A stretch of DNA of 64,000 nucleotides from a virus. Its lineage: Duplodnaviria > Heunggongvirae > Uroviricota > Caudoviricetes. The position numbers and the translations under genes were made by a program. The notes beneath the pieces were generated by a model. That model was given only the letters and a program-made list of their open reading frames with translations. It was not told where the DNA came from and did not search any database. Where the stretch lies: positions 68,857 through 132,856 of the IMG/VR virus record IMGVR_UViG_3300021254_000022; one strand, 5' to 3'. Below are positions 37,701-50,900 of this stretch, piece by piece (positions within the stretch are counted from its first letter, which is position 1; each line of letters opens with the position of its first letter).

Positions 37701-38481
37701 TTCTTGCATCAGTATAAGAAGCTGTATCAAAAGCAAAATTCTTTTGATAAGGTGAATCATTATCATTTGTTAATTGAGTCCATTGATAATATCGTTTAGT
37801 AACTGTTTGATCATCAACAAGTTCTTCTTCTTCTGTTATATCATATAACATCCAATACTAAATATCTTCATTTGTACTATATTGATAGCCCGGCGCCAAT
37901 ATACAAACAGCCTAGTCTTGAACCCAATCTTCATAACCTAAACCAGGTCCTTTACTATTTGCAATTAAACCATTTTCTAATATTAAATAATGAGTTTCAT
38001 TAGACGTATTTAAAGTATCATATTCAGTACGAGTAATACTTTTTACTCTAAAGCCTCCATTTGCCGCCGAATCTTCAATTAATTGTTTATATTGAATTGT
38101 TTTTGGTCCAATGTCATAAATATTATGATGTTGTTTTATGACTGTGATAGAACCTTTTGGAATTCCTTCTATTGAAGAATCTGTAGGAGGAACTACTAAA
38201 GTATTTTGATCTATTTGAATAAATGGAGCAGCTAATATTGAACTATACATATTTCCATCTACACAATAGAAATCATAATTTTGAAAATATGGATTTGAAG
38301 TAGATACAAAATCATCTAGCGTAAATCCAATTGGTGCTTGATCATATTCAATAAGAACATACCGACCGGCATATACACCATCACTACCACAATTTAAATC
38401 CATTTCTGCTCTATTAGCATAAATTTTATCAAACTAAAATTGAGTTCGAGAAGTGTTCTTTATATTACCATAAAATCCCAT
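31723..38481 (-). CDS. Giant tail structural protein (2252 aa) with six tandem DxxGH modules
   Basis: Ten track ORFs share one frame and each ends at TAG. ATG at 38481 (MGFYGNIKNTSRTQF-TAG-FDKIY) has a GGAGG RBS; ends at TAA 31723. C-terminal fibre motifs such as FDSRYYTETEVD. Confidence 0.8.
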
Positions 38482-38837
38482 TAGATATCCTCCTCCTAAC
38501 TCACATAAATTGTATCTATAATTAATCCAGCATTTTTATTATTCTGAATTATATCTATAGATGCTGCATCAAATTTTATTTCATTAATTTCTGTCGCATT
38601 TTTCAAGTCTAATTCATAAATTCCAGTACTTCCAATTATAATAGCATCTGTAGTTGCACCATTTAAATAAAAACGAGTACCTGGAAGAGCCTGTATACCA
38701 AGTTGAATAATTGGAATATGGCTTCCACCTAGTTTTACAAACTCTCCAGATACTAAATCAGATGGTAATATAGTAGAAGGCTGGTTTCGAGATGAATTGA
38801 CTTCATAAAAACGATATTGTCTAATTTTATTAGCCAT
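38481..38837 (-). CDS. Small tail protein (118 aa, TAG=Gln at codon 114)
   Basis: Readthrough of the TAG at 38496 extends the ORF by 5 residues to a TAA that overlaps the next ATG (TAATG at 38483-38479). Confidence 0.75.
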
Positions 38838-38855
38838 TTAATCTCCTTATCCTCC

Positions 38856-41780
38856 TTAATAAATTCTATCAACAGCCTTAACAGCATTAATTGTCATCAT
38901 ACCATTATAGGTTAATTGATATGAAATTTTATCTATAATATATTCTCCATTTATCCCGCTATTATCATCTCTAACAAAAATTCTTGTATTAGGCTCCAAA
39001 TAATAAACAGGCACAGATTGTATTGTAATTGATTCTGTACAATAAGTATACTAATATAAGAAATCATCTAAGGCTTCTTTTGCAGATTTCTTTTGTGTAC
39101 TTAATGAAAATAAAGGATCCATATAATTTGGAAAACGCACAAAAGCATAACCTGGTTTTGCTGCTTTCTATTTATCAATTTCAGCATCCCAATCATCAGC
39201 ATCAATAAAAATTACTGTTGGAGTATCTCTATAATAAATAGCTTTTACATCTTTATCATTCACAGCTTTTGGCCGATTTCCAACATTCCTAACATTATAA
39301 AGAGAAAGAGATCCATCAACACTATCCAAAAAATCAAACCAAAATGTTAAATTTTGAGGAGATTCTGTAATAGAGGTATTCCATCCAAAATTAGGATTTG
39401 GTTCTGAAATTGTTGTATTTTGTGAATCGGCTAATACAACATATCTTTCTTTATCATAATCTCCTTCATGTCTTGTATAATATGTTCTATTAGGATCAAA
39501 AGTTCCTCCCTAATCAACATAATATACTTTAGAAGGATCTTTAAAAACAAATAATGTTGTATTATTTTCAAATTGCTAAAGATCTTTAGATGTTACATTT
39601 TTAGGTTCATAAACTCCAAAAGTCGTACAAGAGTAATATTTAACTGTAGCATCATATAAAGTACTATTATCACATTGTCTAAAATAATAATATTTTTTTT
39701 CAGTATCATTATCTATCATGCCGGCTGTCACATATGCTACATCATAAGTATAATCATAATGAGGATTATATAATTCTCGCCAAAATGAAAATATATCAGT
39801 ATAATATATTTCATAACCGGTTTGCCCTGTTGGATACCAATTTGGATTATTTTTTGCCACTGTTGCTAAAAAGTCTTTATCATGACCGTGTCTCATATAA
39901 TCTTTTGCCATTTGATAAATTATTTCTCTCCAATCACAATTATAATTATGATATTGTAAGAAATATTTCCAACGAGCTTCTTTCTCGTGAGCAATTTGTT
40001 CTTGATACTATTCTTGCATATCTTCACTTGGAAAAATAGGATTCCAAATATAAGAAGTAAAACCTTGACTTCTTGCATTTTCTACAAAATAAGTCCAATA
40101 TCTATGTGAACAATATGGATTATGAACTGTTGAATAAAGAGGGCCATTTAAATTACCATCTTCTGTATTTTTAACATCAAAAATGTGTAAATCTCTATTA
40201 GCATCCCAAGAAATACCATTAGGAAAATATTTTTGTAAATCAACTTTAGTAAATCCTTGACTATAGTTACCAACTCCACCATCTGGATATTCACCAGCTA
40301 ATTTATAATATAATTCTCCCCAAGTTTCCATATTCCACCACAAAGATCCTTCATAATTTAATCCATCTGGTAAAATATTTTGTTGGCTACCAATAACATC
40401 AATATCTTGTTCATTTTTTTCAAACTCTTCAAGTAATAATTCATATGACTTATAACCTGTAGTATAAACTTCTCCATCATAATTTTTATAATAAACAGGT
40501 TTTTTATCTATTGCATATCTGAGATGAATTGGATATGTACTTCCTTTCGTTGTAGATTTATTTCCCCAAATAGAAAAATCATTTTTTAATTTTGCCAAAT
40601 CTGGTTTATTCTAAAATGAACTAATTAAATTAGCATTTTCAAAAGAATAAGTAACTGCAGAAGTTAATGCATTAGGGGCAATATACTATTCAGAATCTTC
40701 ATTCGAAATAATATTATTAAAACTTACATTAACAAAAGTTCTTTTCCGCTAAAAATGAAAACGACCATCTATGTCATAAAAATATTCAAAATCACCTAAC
40801 ATATTTTTAATAGGCTCAAGGCATCCTTGAGCAAAAGAATTTCCTACCTAACCTATTAAATCTCCTGGATATGTTAAATCTGTTTCTCTAAAGCCTACAA
40901 CCTCACCATAAGTAACTTTAAAAACAGTATAAAAAATTCCATTTTCATCAACTACATAAGTAGGTTCTTTTGCATTTTTTAAATAATCTGTTCTTGAATT
41001 ATAAATAAATTTAGGATCATCTAAACTTATTTTGGTATTAAGTTTAATATATTTTCCATCTTGTTTTTTACCTAACCAATATTGTCTTGTATTTTCTTCT
41101 AAAAATATATTACTTACTTCACCACTCTAAACATTCTCAAGAAAATATAAAGGAGTATCTCCTCTATATTCAAGTAATTCTAATCCAACTTCATCTAAAT
41201 CAGTTATTATTATATTTTGATAAGGCTCGCGCGCATATGCATGAACTCCTTCTGTAATAATTTCTTTAAGAGGAATATCAGTAATTGTAGAAACTCCTTG
41301 AGAATCTACAGTTTCTAATTTTCCAAAATCTGCAGTTAATGAATAAATTGCTCCACCAACTCCACCATTAATAAGACACATTTTATCTTGTCCTTGAATA
41401 GAAACTGTATAACTGCTAATATTCTAAGTTGTAGAAAAAGATGTAATAATATAAATCCCCTATTTAAACCAAATTATATCTGGATAATCAGGATCTGTTC
41501 TATTTTCTACCCCAATAAATAATTTAAATTTAGTATTTAAGCCCCAATAAAAATCATGAATATTCAATTCTGGAGCAATTAAATTTATTGAACAAGTTCT
41601 TCGTAAATTTGAAGAGCCATTAACAGATATATTTCCTCCAGTAACATGACCTTCTATTTCTTCAAGATAATTTTCTTCAAAATCTAAAGAAATAATTTTT
41701 GCATAAATTACTTTTTCTTTTTGCTGATCTAACTCTTTTAAGAAATTTTTATCTAAAAAAGGATCTTTTTTTACTCTCAT
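38856..41780 (-). CDS. Tail hub/Tal-like protein, DUF5048-like N-terminus (974 aa)
   Basis: Four track ORFs share one frame. N-terminal GGNISVNGSSNLRRTCSINL...IWFK(Q)GIYII...I(Q)GQDKMCLING; C-terminal ESITIQSVPVYYLEPNTRIFV...YNGMMTINA. Confidence 0.65.
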
Positions 41781-44536
41781 ATTTCTAATCCATTTTCTTT
41801 CTTATATTTTAGAATAGCAGCATCTAAAGCTTTAATATAATTATCATAAGCTTTATCTATCTTCTTTTTCTAATTTATTAAATCTAAAGTATATTGTAAC
41901 TATTGCGCGCTATTCATTACAATATGACCATTAGATTGAACATATCTATTAAATAAAGTATTCCATCCTGTAGGATTAGTTCCAGTAATAGTATTTTGAT
42001 AATTTTGATAAGCTTTTTTAACAGCTGGCTAATTATCAAATATATATGTACTAATCTATTCAGAATAACTAACTTCTGTAATTACTCCCATATTAGGTTC
42101 TATACTAGTTACTAATTTTACATCTTGAACATCATATTCTTCAGTCTACTCTAAATCTAAAATTTCTTCTCCATTAATTTTAAAAGAAAATAAATCTGGA
42201 CTTAAAGCATAAATTTTATGATTATATCCATCAAGAATATAACCAGTATAAGGTTCAAATTTTTCATTCTCAATATCTTGATAATAGCCTCGATAAGAGT
42301 GAATTTTTCCAACAGCATCATAATAATTGTTTGTTGGTTTTCCATAATTTTCTTCTAAGGAATGAAATACTTCAGTACATCTAATTTCATAAAGCCCAAG
42401 CGGCATTAATTTATTTAAAGATACTTGTTGAGTTTTTTCTTTATCTAAATAAAAATTATATTGTTGTAATGCAACATTAGGATTAAATTCATAAGGATCA
42501 TTACAATTTATAAATATATCCTATAAATCTCTCTTTTTAAATCTAATTACACCAAAATGAGTAACTGAACATCTAGTATCATTAAGATATTTTATTAATT
42601 CCTTACGCTCTCCATTTATATCTCTAACTTCTCCAACAAATTGTCTTAATGGGATATCTTTAGCCTAGACTTTAGTAATTGTACCAAATACACTTACTGC
42701 TTTAGTATTAAAACTATAAGTAATAGATGGTGATGTAGAAACAAAATTTACATCATAATCACTAGGCCGAATAGCAATCGCAGAAAAACCATTTTGGCTT
42801 TCTGCATAATAAGCTCCTGTAACTCCAATTTCAATATAATTAACATCTAACCCTTCTTGAATCATAATAATAGTTCCAGGAACACAATCTTGAATATCTA
42901 CTGAATAAATTATTCGACCATCATTTATTGGAACCCATTTATTTTCATAATTATTTTCTTCTGCAATTTCAAGTATATTTACAGTTTTCCATCTCGTTAA
43001 TAATGATAAATTTTCAGAAGGATCTATTAATTTATACTTTTCAAGATTTTGTGTTGTAAATTCTGCAATTTCATATGCAGTACCTTTAAATGAATGTAAC
43101 ATTCTTCCTACTTTATCATTTGGAGTTAAACTAACATTAAGAATTCTTACAATAAAATTACCTTCTGTTGGAGATTTAAAAATTTTAGGTTTACCATTAT
43201 TTAACCAATCCTAAACACTTCTTTTAAATATTCTCTCAGAAGCAATATTATTGCTTGTTAAATCACAAAGGAAATTATCTTTTATTAACGTATTTTGATC
43301 TAAAAATAATCCAGATTCGTCTGTCTAAAATGAAATTAATCCTTGTATATCAAAACTCTTATAATAAACATTTCCATTTCTAACAATAAAAGGATATTTA
43401 GCGCCTATGGTTTCAACTTTATTTTCAGGAATATTATTTTTAAAATTAGTAATTTTAGGATCAAATTTAATTTTTAATTGCTGAGTTCCATCATACAAAA
43501 AAGCATGTTCGAAATCTGCAAAAACTTCTTCTGACTAAACTCTTTCAGAATAAATATCATATTCATTATATTGCTATAATGAATATTTATAAGTTACACC
43601 TTGTTCAATAGTACAATCAACTACACTCCAAGAGGAAGGCACCATAGATTGCATGTCAAAACGCCTAAATTCAGTCCACTTATAATTATCTTTTGAAGAT
43701 GCTTTACTAATTAAAAAAGTGCCCGAAACAATAGGTTCATCACAAATTAAATTTAACTTAATTAAACCATTTTCATAATCAAGAGATGCTTTTAATCCTA
43801 AATCTATTTCAGTACCTATAGATTTTGTTTGTATCAATCTATAAGCATGTGAGGATATATCAACTCCATTAATTGTCTATACTCTAAAAGTGATATAATA
43901 AGTTTGATCTGTTTTTAAATCTTGTGATAATAAAAAAGTTTCACGAGATTCATATGGAAGATCATCTTCTGATGTATTATGTAATTTCCATTCAGTATCT
44001 TCAATAATATTCCCATCCATATCTTTAACAATAAATCTATATTGATATAACTTTTCAGTTACATCTTTATTTTGCTGATCATATACTCCAGTATAAGAAT
44101 ATTGATGAGAATTAATTTCATTTTCATCTAACTTTTCTATATATACTTTTGGTCTTTCAGTATATTTAACAACTCCTACTGTTGAATAATATCCTACAAC
44201 TCCATCTAACCCGATGTAAGCAATTTGTATTTTGTAATATTGTCCAATTTTAAGAATAGTGTCAGCAATAGAAGTTACATTAAAAACTGCTACCATGTTA
44301 TTTTCTAAATCATAATATGATAAAGCAGTTAAATCTGTCGTAGTTGTAAGAAAAGTATCAATTACAGTACCATCAACATATTTAACTTTTAAAGCAAAAC
44401 CTGATATTTCACTTTTACCAACTGCCCGATTCATAGAAAAAGGGACTACCAGCGGGGTAGTCCCTGAATCGACATCTTGATAAAACGCTGGAATTGTTCC
44501 CTCTATATTTGGTGGGTACAATTTAGCCATTATCAT
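41777..44536 (-). CDS. Distal-tail (Dit)-like / baseplate protein (919 aa)
   Basis: Four track ORFs share one frame; ATGA overlaps at both ends. Central QLKIKFDPKITNFK...ETIGAKYPFIVRNGNVYYKSF segment and LHSFKGTAYE. Lies between the tail-tip gene and the hub gene. Confidence 0.6.
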
Positions 44537-44934
44537 TCTCCTTCATCATATTCTATAAAATCCATAATTGCATCCATTTGAGAAGTTGTCAACTCAAGAG
44601 AAGCAATATCGTCTAACTTAAAAGTATAATAAGAAACTTCCTGCTTAATATCAATTAAATCTTGAAGTTCTTTATTTACCAATTCAATATCTTTATTTTC
44701 AAAAACATATTTAGTTTCATCTTCTTTATCTGGAGTACCATATTTTTCAATAATATCCATACGAAGTTTCTCAATTTCTTGAGCTAATTCAAGAAAATCT
44801 TTCATATTTTTTCTTAAAAAGAATAATACTCTTGAAGGAAATTTTTCATCAGCTTGTCCTTCTCCAAATGCAGAAACTAACATTTCTGCTTGTGTATAAA
44901 TTTGTCCATTAGACATTTCTTTTGTCACTTTCAT
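44533..44934 (-). CDS. Hypothetical acidic helical protein (133 aa), possible tail chaperone
   Basis: Intact, TAG-free ORF with an AAGGA RBS. Confidence 0.7.
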   Translation of the reverse strand: MKVTKEMSNGQIYTQAEMLVSAFGEGQADEKFPSRVLFFLRKNMKDFLELAQEIEKLRMDIIEKYGTPDKEDETKYVFENKDIELVNKELQDLIDIKQEVSYYTFKLDDIASLELTTSQMDAIMDFIEYDEGE

Positions 44935-44970
44935 AATCCTTTTTCTCCTTTATTTTTATTTTATATAGTA

Positions 44971-47900
44971 TTAAGAAAATGTGATAGTGGCTGTACCAAA
45001 ATCATCATCATCAATTTCTGTTACTACACTAGAACTCCATACTCCATTAGATAAAGTACCTGATGAAGTATCGTCTATAAATTCAATAGCACTAGAAGTT
45101 GTTGCACTTGCTGATACATCATATTCATGATCATATTTTCCACTATTATTATTATACCAAGTCATATTACCAACATAAACGTATGTAGTGCCGCCTCCAC
45201 CTCCAGAAACGGTACTAGAAGTTGTGGCAACACCATCTCCAGTTTTAGGATAACCACTTTGTGATAAAGAGATATGTATTGTATTTCCATCAACCCAAGC
45301 AGATCCATAAACAGTGCCGCCTCCTCCGCCAGCATGAGTAACAGTTGTATAAGTATAACCAGTTGGAGCTGTAGAAGATGTATATAATACTGGAGTTACA
45401 CTAATAGTTTTACTTCCTTTTATGGTTGCTTTAAACTTTTTTTTTAAAGAATTAGCAAATGCAAGTTTTTTAAGATCTTCTAATGATCTGCTTTCACCAG
45501 CTGCTTTAAATTTATAACTTAATTTTTCATCTTTAATAGTAACATTAGAAGTGCCAACGCTTAACATATTATCTCCACCTAATCCACTTGGCTAAATATG
45601 TAATTGTTTTCCTTGAATATCTCCAGTAGAAGTTAATTTTATAGTAGCAGTTGAACCTCCGACATTAACGCTATCTAATTTAGCAACACCTGCTTTAGTA
45701 ATACTATAAGTATCAGAATCTCCAAATTGAAGAGTATTATCCATTACCATTTTGGATTTTACTGTTATATTACCAGTACCATAACCTGCTAATTCTTTAA
45801 CGTTTAAAGCTTCTTTTAATATTAATTTATTTAAAGATCCTTCGCCATCTGATTTAAAATAGTAACTTCCTGAACCAGGAGAAGTATTTCCATTACCACC
45901 AGTACTACTTCCAATCCATAATGTTTTTGTAGAAACAAGCTCGACATCTGCTACTATTTTATCGTGAACAGAAAGACCTGTTTTTCCATTTCCTGCTAAC
46001 CAAATTCCATTACTTCCTGAAAGAGTTACAGCATTGCTTGAATGTATTTCAATTCCAGCACCACCTACACCTTTTCCTTGAGCATCTATGTAATCGCTAG
46101 CCCATTCTATCGAAGCTTTTTCAGCATTTAAAATAAATTTAGTAGTTATAGATGAAAAATTAGCTCCATCACATTTCCAACTACCAAGTCCAGTTCCTCC
46201 AGCGCCTCCACCGAAACCGCCAGAAACACCACCAGTTCCAAAACCTCCAGCAGTACCTCCAGTATTAGAAGCACCACTCATGGTGACTCCTGCACTGGTA
46301 GCATTTAAGTTATTGGCATAAACATTTCCATTTATTCTTAAACTACCATTTACAACAGCTTCTTGTCCACTTTCAGTAAGAACTATATCTCCACCTAAAG
46401 TTAATTTTCCATCAGCTCCACCTTTAACATAAGCTTTGCCTCCTGCTGTTTCTAATGCGAATCCAGTATTATTTAATACAAAAGATCCTTTTCCTGCATT
46501 TATATCAATACCCTTAGTAGCTTTTATATCAATACCACCATCTGTTCCAGAACTTCCATTCATATTAATATAATTATTAGAATTAACATGAAGATTGATA
46601 CTAGGAACTGAAGCTTTTCCTTCTATATAAACAGTTGAAGCATATAATTTAAAATATCCTTTTCCTGCACCTGAAGAAGACCCCTCTTTATTTGTTAGAG
46701 ATAAACCTGCGCTTCCACCGTATAAATCAACTGGTTGTCCGCCAGTAACATCTCCTCCTTTTCGCCCTGCTTTAAAAGAACCTTCTTGTTCAGTATTAGC
46801 ATAAATTTTTAAAGAACTTTGTTGAGCAGCATTTAAAGCATAATCTTCACGTCCTAATTCAATAGTTTTTGCATAAATAAAACTTTTTGAATCTGTATCG
46901 TCTAATAATCCAGCCTAAAAATTACCTGCTATACTAGTATTGCCATAAAAATAACTATCTTTAGTATATGATCTAAATATACTTCCTTCATCTGTAATAA
47001 CAGTAGATTTTTTTTGTGAATGAGCAGTAAAAGTATAATTTGTTGGTGTAGTTGTTCCAGCATTCGCCATACCTACTGTTAAATTATTTCCAATAACTAC
47101 ATTTCCAGATATTAATGTATTTCTATAGATTACTACTCCAAATTTTTTAACACTTGCATCATTGGCATTTCGATCAGTATTACTTGTTTTAGCAATAACA
47201 CCTATATCACTTTGCCAAATTCCTTCTTTATCACCCAGGTAAGTTTTACCAGTAACTTTTAATATACCATAAATTTTAGTATCAGCATAAAAAATAGCTT
47301 TATTAATAGTAGGAGATTCTGTTTCAGATGTTAAATTAATTTCTTTACTTTCTCCAACTTCTAGTCTTCCAAAAATATAACTATTTCCATTAATGACAGA
47401 ACGACCATCAAGAACACTTCCACCTTTTAAGAAAAATCTTAAATTCTTTAAATTTAAAGAAGTTCCTTTGGGTGTTGTAAAATATTGATTATAATCATAT
47501 TTGTAATCATTTAAAGCATCATCTGCTTTTGTCTTTAAATCTCGTGTCTATCTATTTCCTGTGTACATAGGAGAACTTGTTGTTGAAATAACAAAATCTG
47601 TACTAGATTCTTCAAAATCTCCAGAATTTGGTGTTTCTCCTCTTGGCCCTACGGCTTGTCCACGAGGATGCATTGCATATTTATAAACAGCAAAAACATC
47701 TCTTACGCTTAAACCATCTCGACCTAAATATACTCCATATGGACTAGGTTCACTAGATGCATAAAATGATTCATTATTAGACAACCAACCATTATTAGAA
47801 TATAAAGCCCAACTAGATATAGTAAAAGGTCCAATTTTACCTCCTTGATCAGCTTTTAAGTAATCAAGAGTAACTAAACCTTTCCAACTAACACTAAAAA

Positions 47901-50900
47901 GTCCACCAATCATAAAAGGTCTATCATAAAGCTATTTAGTTACCTTTTTAATTTTTGGTAAGCTTCCCGTCGTCATAGCTTCTAATTCTGCATCTGTTTT
48001 AGAATTACAGTCTGCAACTAATTGAGCTTCAACAGTTTCTGCATCATCTTGAGCATTTATATAATCATAATTAGGAATATAAGAAGTTACTGTCTTCCCA
48101 GTTACAATTTGATCAGTTGCGGCAGAATTTAAAACTATTCTTCTTGAATAGTCTTTATTTTTTAATCCAGGAGAATAAGCATCTATTCTAAAACTATAAG
48201 CTGTTAATAAACTTCCTTTTCTTGTAGTTCCAGTTACTTCACTAGTTAAATTTTCATCTCCATTTAAATTAAAATATAAACCTCTACCAATCAATTCACC
48301 ATTTGGAGCTTGATAATCTCTCGATTTAATGGCCCAAGCGCCTTTTCCAATATTAATTAAATCAAGATTTTTATTTATTAAAACTCCATTATCATCATAA
48401 GAACTCCAATCTGGATTATTACTAATTGTTGGAGTATATTGATAATGAATTTTTAAATAAGGTTGTCCATCAGATCCTATAGCAACATAAGAGCCTTTAT
48501 AATGAGCATCTTCTTCTCCAGTATCAATCATACTTAAAGTAAAATCATGTCCATAAAGTGCGCCTTTTGTTAAATCTAATAAAACTCCAGTTCCTGTTTT
48601 TGTTGGATCTATAACTCCTGTTTCAGTCCCTGCAATTTGAGTTTTTGTAAATCTTGATGGAATATAATTCCAAGATTGTAAATAAAATTCACTTTTTGAT
48701 ACTCGAATTAAATCTTTTTCAATTTTTTTATTTACATTTGGAGTTGCTACATTATAATTTTTATAAGTTTTTGTCTAATCAAGAGTTCCAGTTACTACTG
48801 TTCCATCCCAATCTTCGACATAAGGTAATAAACCTTTGTTATTTAAAATATTTATTTTTTCATTATCAGTATTTCTATAATGAACAGCTAAAAATGGATC
48901 TCCATTGCTATTTAACTCAAAATATGAATCTTTCATAGCTTTGGTAGCAGCATCGCCTTCCTATCCATTATTAACGCCTTTTAATTTAAAATTATATCCA
49001 AGAATATAACCATTCTATAAATCAAAAAGGAAACCTTCACCGTATTCATTACTTTCTTTAAATTCAGATAAAAATTCCTAAGTATATTTTTTCTAAGCAT
49101 CGCCTGTATAAATCTATTTTATAGGATAATAATCTAAAATATCATCTTTAACAGTTTTACCATCAGCTTTAAAAATTTCTCCTTTAGGAAATTTAAAATT
49201 ATCTGTTTTTAAATAATAAGAATCATCAGCAATATGAATTAATTTATTCTAATTCTATGACTAAACATAAAAATATGGATTAGTAGTAGATATTCTAATT
49301 CTACTTCTTGATGCAGTATACTATGGTTTAAAATGCTCATCATTTAATAATTGAGTCTATCCAATTTCTTGAATATATAACCATTTTTTCCAATCATCAT
49401 CATATTTTTCTGGATTAGAATTAAATTCATTTAAAATTGCATCAATAGCATTTATAGACGGATTATAAAGTAAATTACTTTTTTTCTAATATGCAAGTTT
49501 ATAATTTTGATCAACAAAATCATTAGCGATAGTCTATTGTATTTTTGTTTTTTGAGCATTTAATAAAGTTTTTTGTTTATTTAAAGCTTGTACAATAGTA
49601 GCATATACTGTTGTAGTTTTTGTACTTGATTCTAAATCTATAAACTAGATTCCTGATAAATTAGCACCTTTAATATCAACTAATCCATCATCAAGATCAA
49701 TTAACATACCAGAATCTGCTTTTCTTGACAAACTAGCAATTTGTCCAGAATTACCATCAAATGTGATTTGTCCTCTATCAGATTTACCAATAAAAGCAGT
49801 TCCATCTACTTTAAATCCAAAACTTTGAACACCTTCATTGTATCCATATAATCCAAGAGGAATAACACTTTCAGATGTATTAGAAGTAATTGATGCAACA
49901 TCACCCATAATAACGCCATTAAAACGATTACGCTCATCTTTCATGCCGGCGCCCATTAAACTAGATAATATTGTACCATTTTCTTCATCTATACTCAGAC
50001 TGCCATCCCATGAATTTAATAATGCTGAAGTATAACTATTTTGATATATGTATAAAGGCTATGTCCAAACTAAATTATTATTTATATAACAATTAACAGC
50101 AATTTGTTTACCATTACTTTTTATATAATAAGAAGCTGGTATTAATTTATTATCACTTGATAAAGTTGGATAAAATTTCTTAAAATCATTTGCATTTTGA
50201 TTTGAAGTAAAAATTCCATCCATACCTGCCCCATAAGATATTTCCCAACGAACTTGATTAGTTATCTAAGTAGTTGTCCTATTATTATAATTGTAAATTT
50301 TATAAGAATTTTTATAATATTTAGGATTTATTCCTTGAGCATCATAGGAAATTCTATCGGCTCCATCAACACTTGTATAAATAATACTTGAACGTACAGG
50401 AATTGGTAAATATGTATCTAAAAATACCTATTTTCCATTAATATTAAAAGCTTGAGTAATTGAAGCTTTTAATATATGATATTTACATTTATTAATATCA
50501 TCCTATGCTTGAGGCATTGAAATTACTTGATTTCTTGAATTATTTCTTGTATCAAGATTTAAATATCCAGAATTTGGACCCGGGCTATACCATTCATAAT
50601 GAATTTTATCTGCTGGAATTGTATCAATAATATCATTTCCTTCAAAATTATATAAATGAGGAATGATTGTTATTTTATCTTTTATTTCCGTTCCTAGCTG
50701 TGTAGTAATAGCAGGTACTTTTCCTTCAATCTCTAATTCAAAAGAATAATCAGTTCCATTTGTTCCAGTAGGACCAAATGATAAAGTTGCTTGTGCTTTA
50801 TATACTCTATTATTTTTCCGAACAGTGCAATAAATAGTATTATTTGAATTTGCTTGAGTATAAAAATCTTTTACTCTAAAGACTTGACCACTTGAGCTTG

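Noticed and set aside
45180-46300. Gly-rich stretches (GGTAGGFGTGGVSGGFGGGAGG; two GGGGGT motifs) as a separate repeat element
   Set aside because: They are low-complexity linkers within the tail-tip protein with no exact DNA periodicity.
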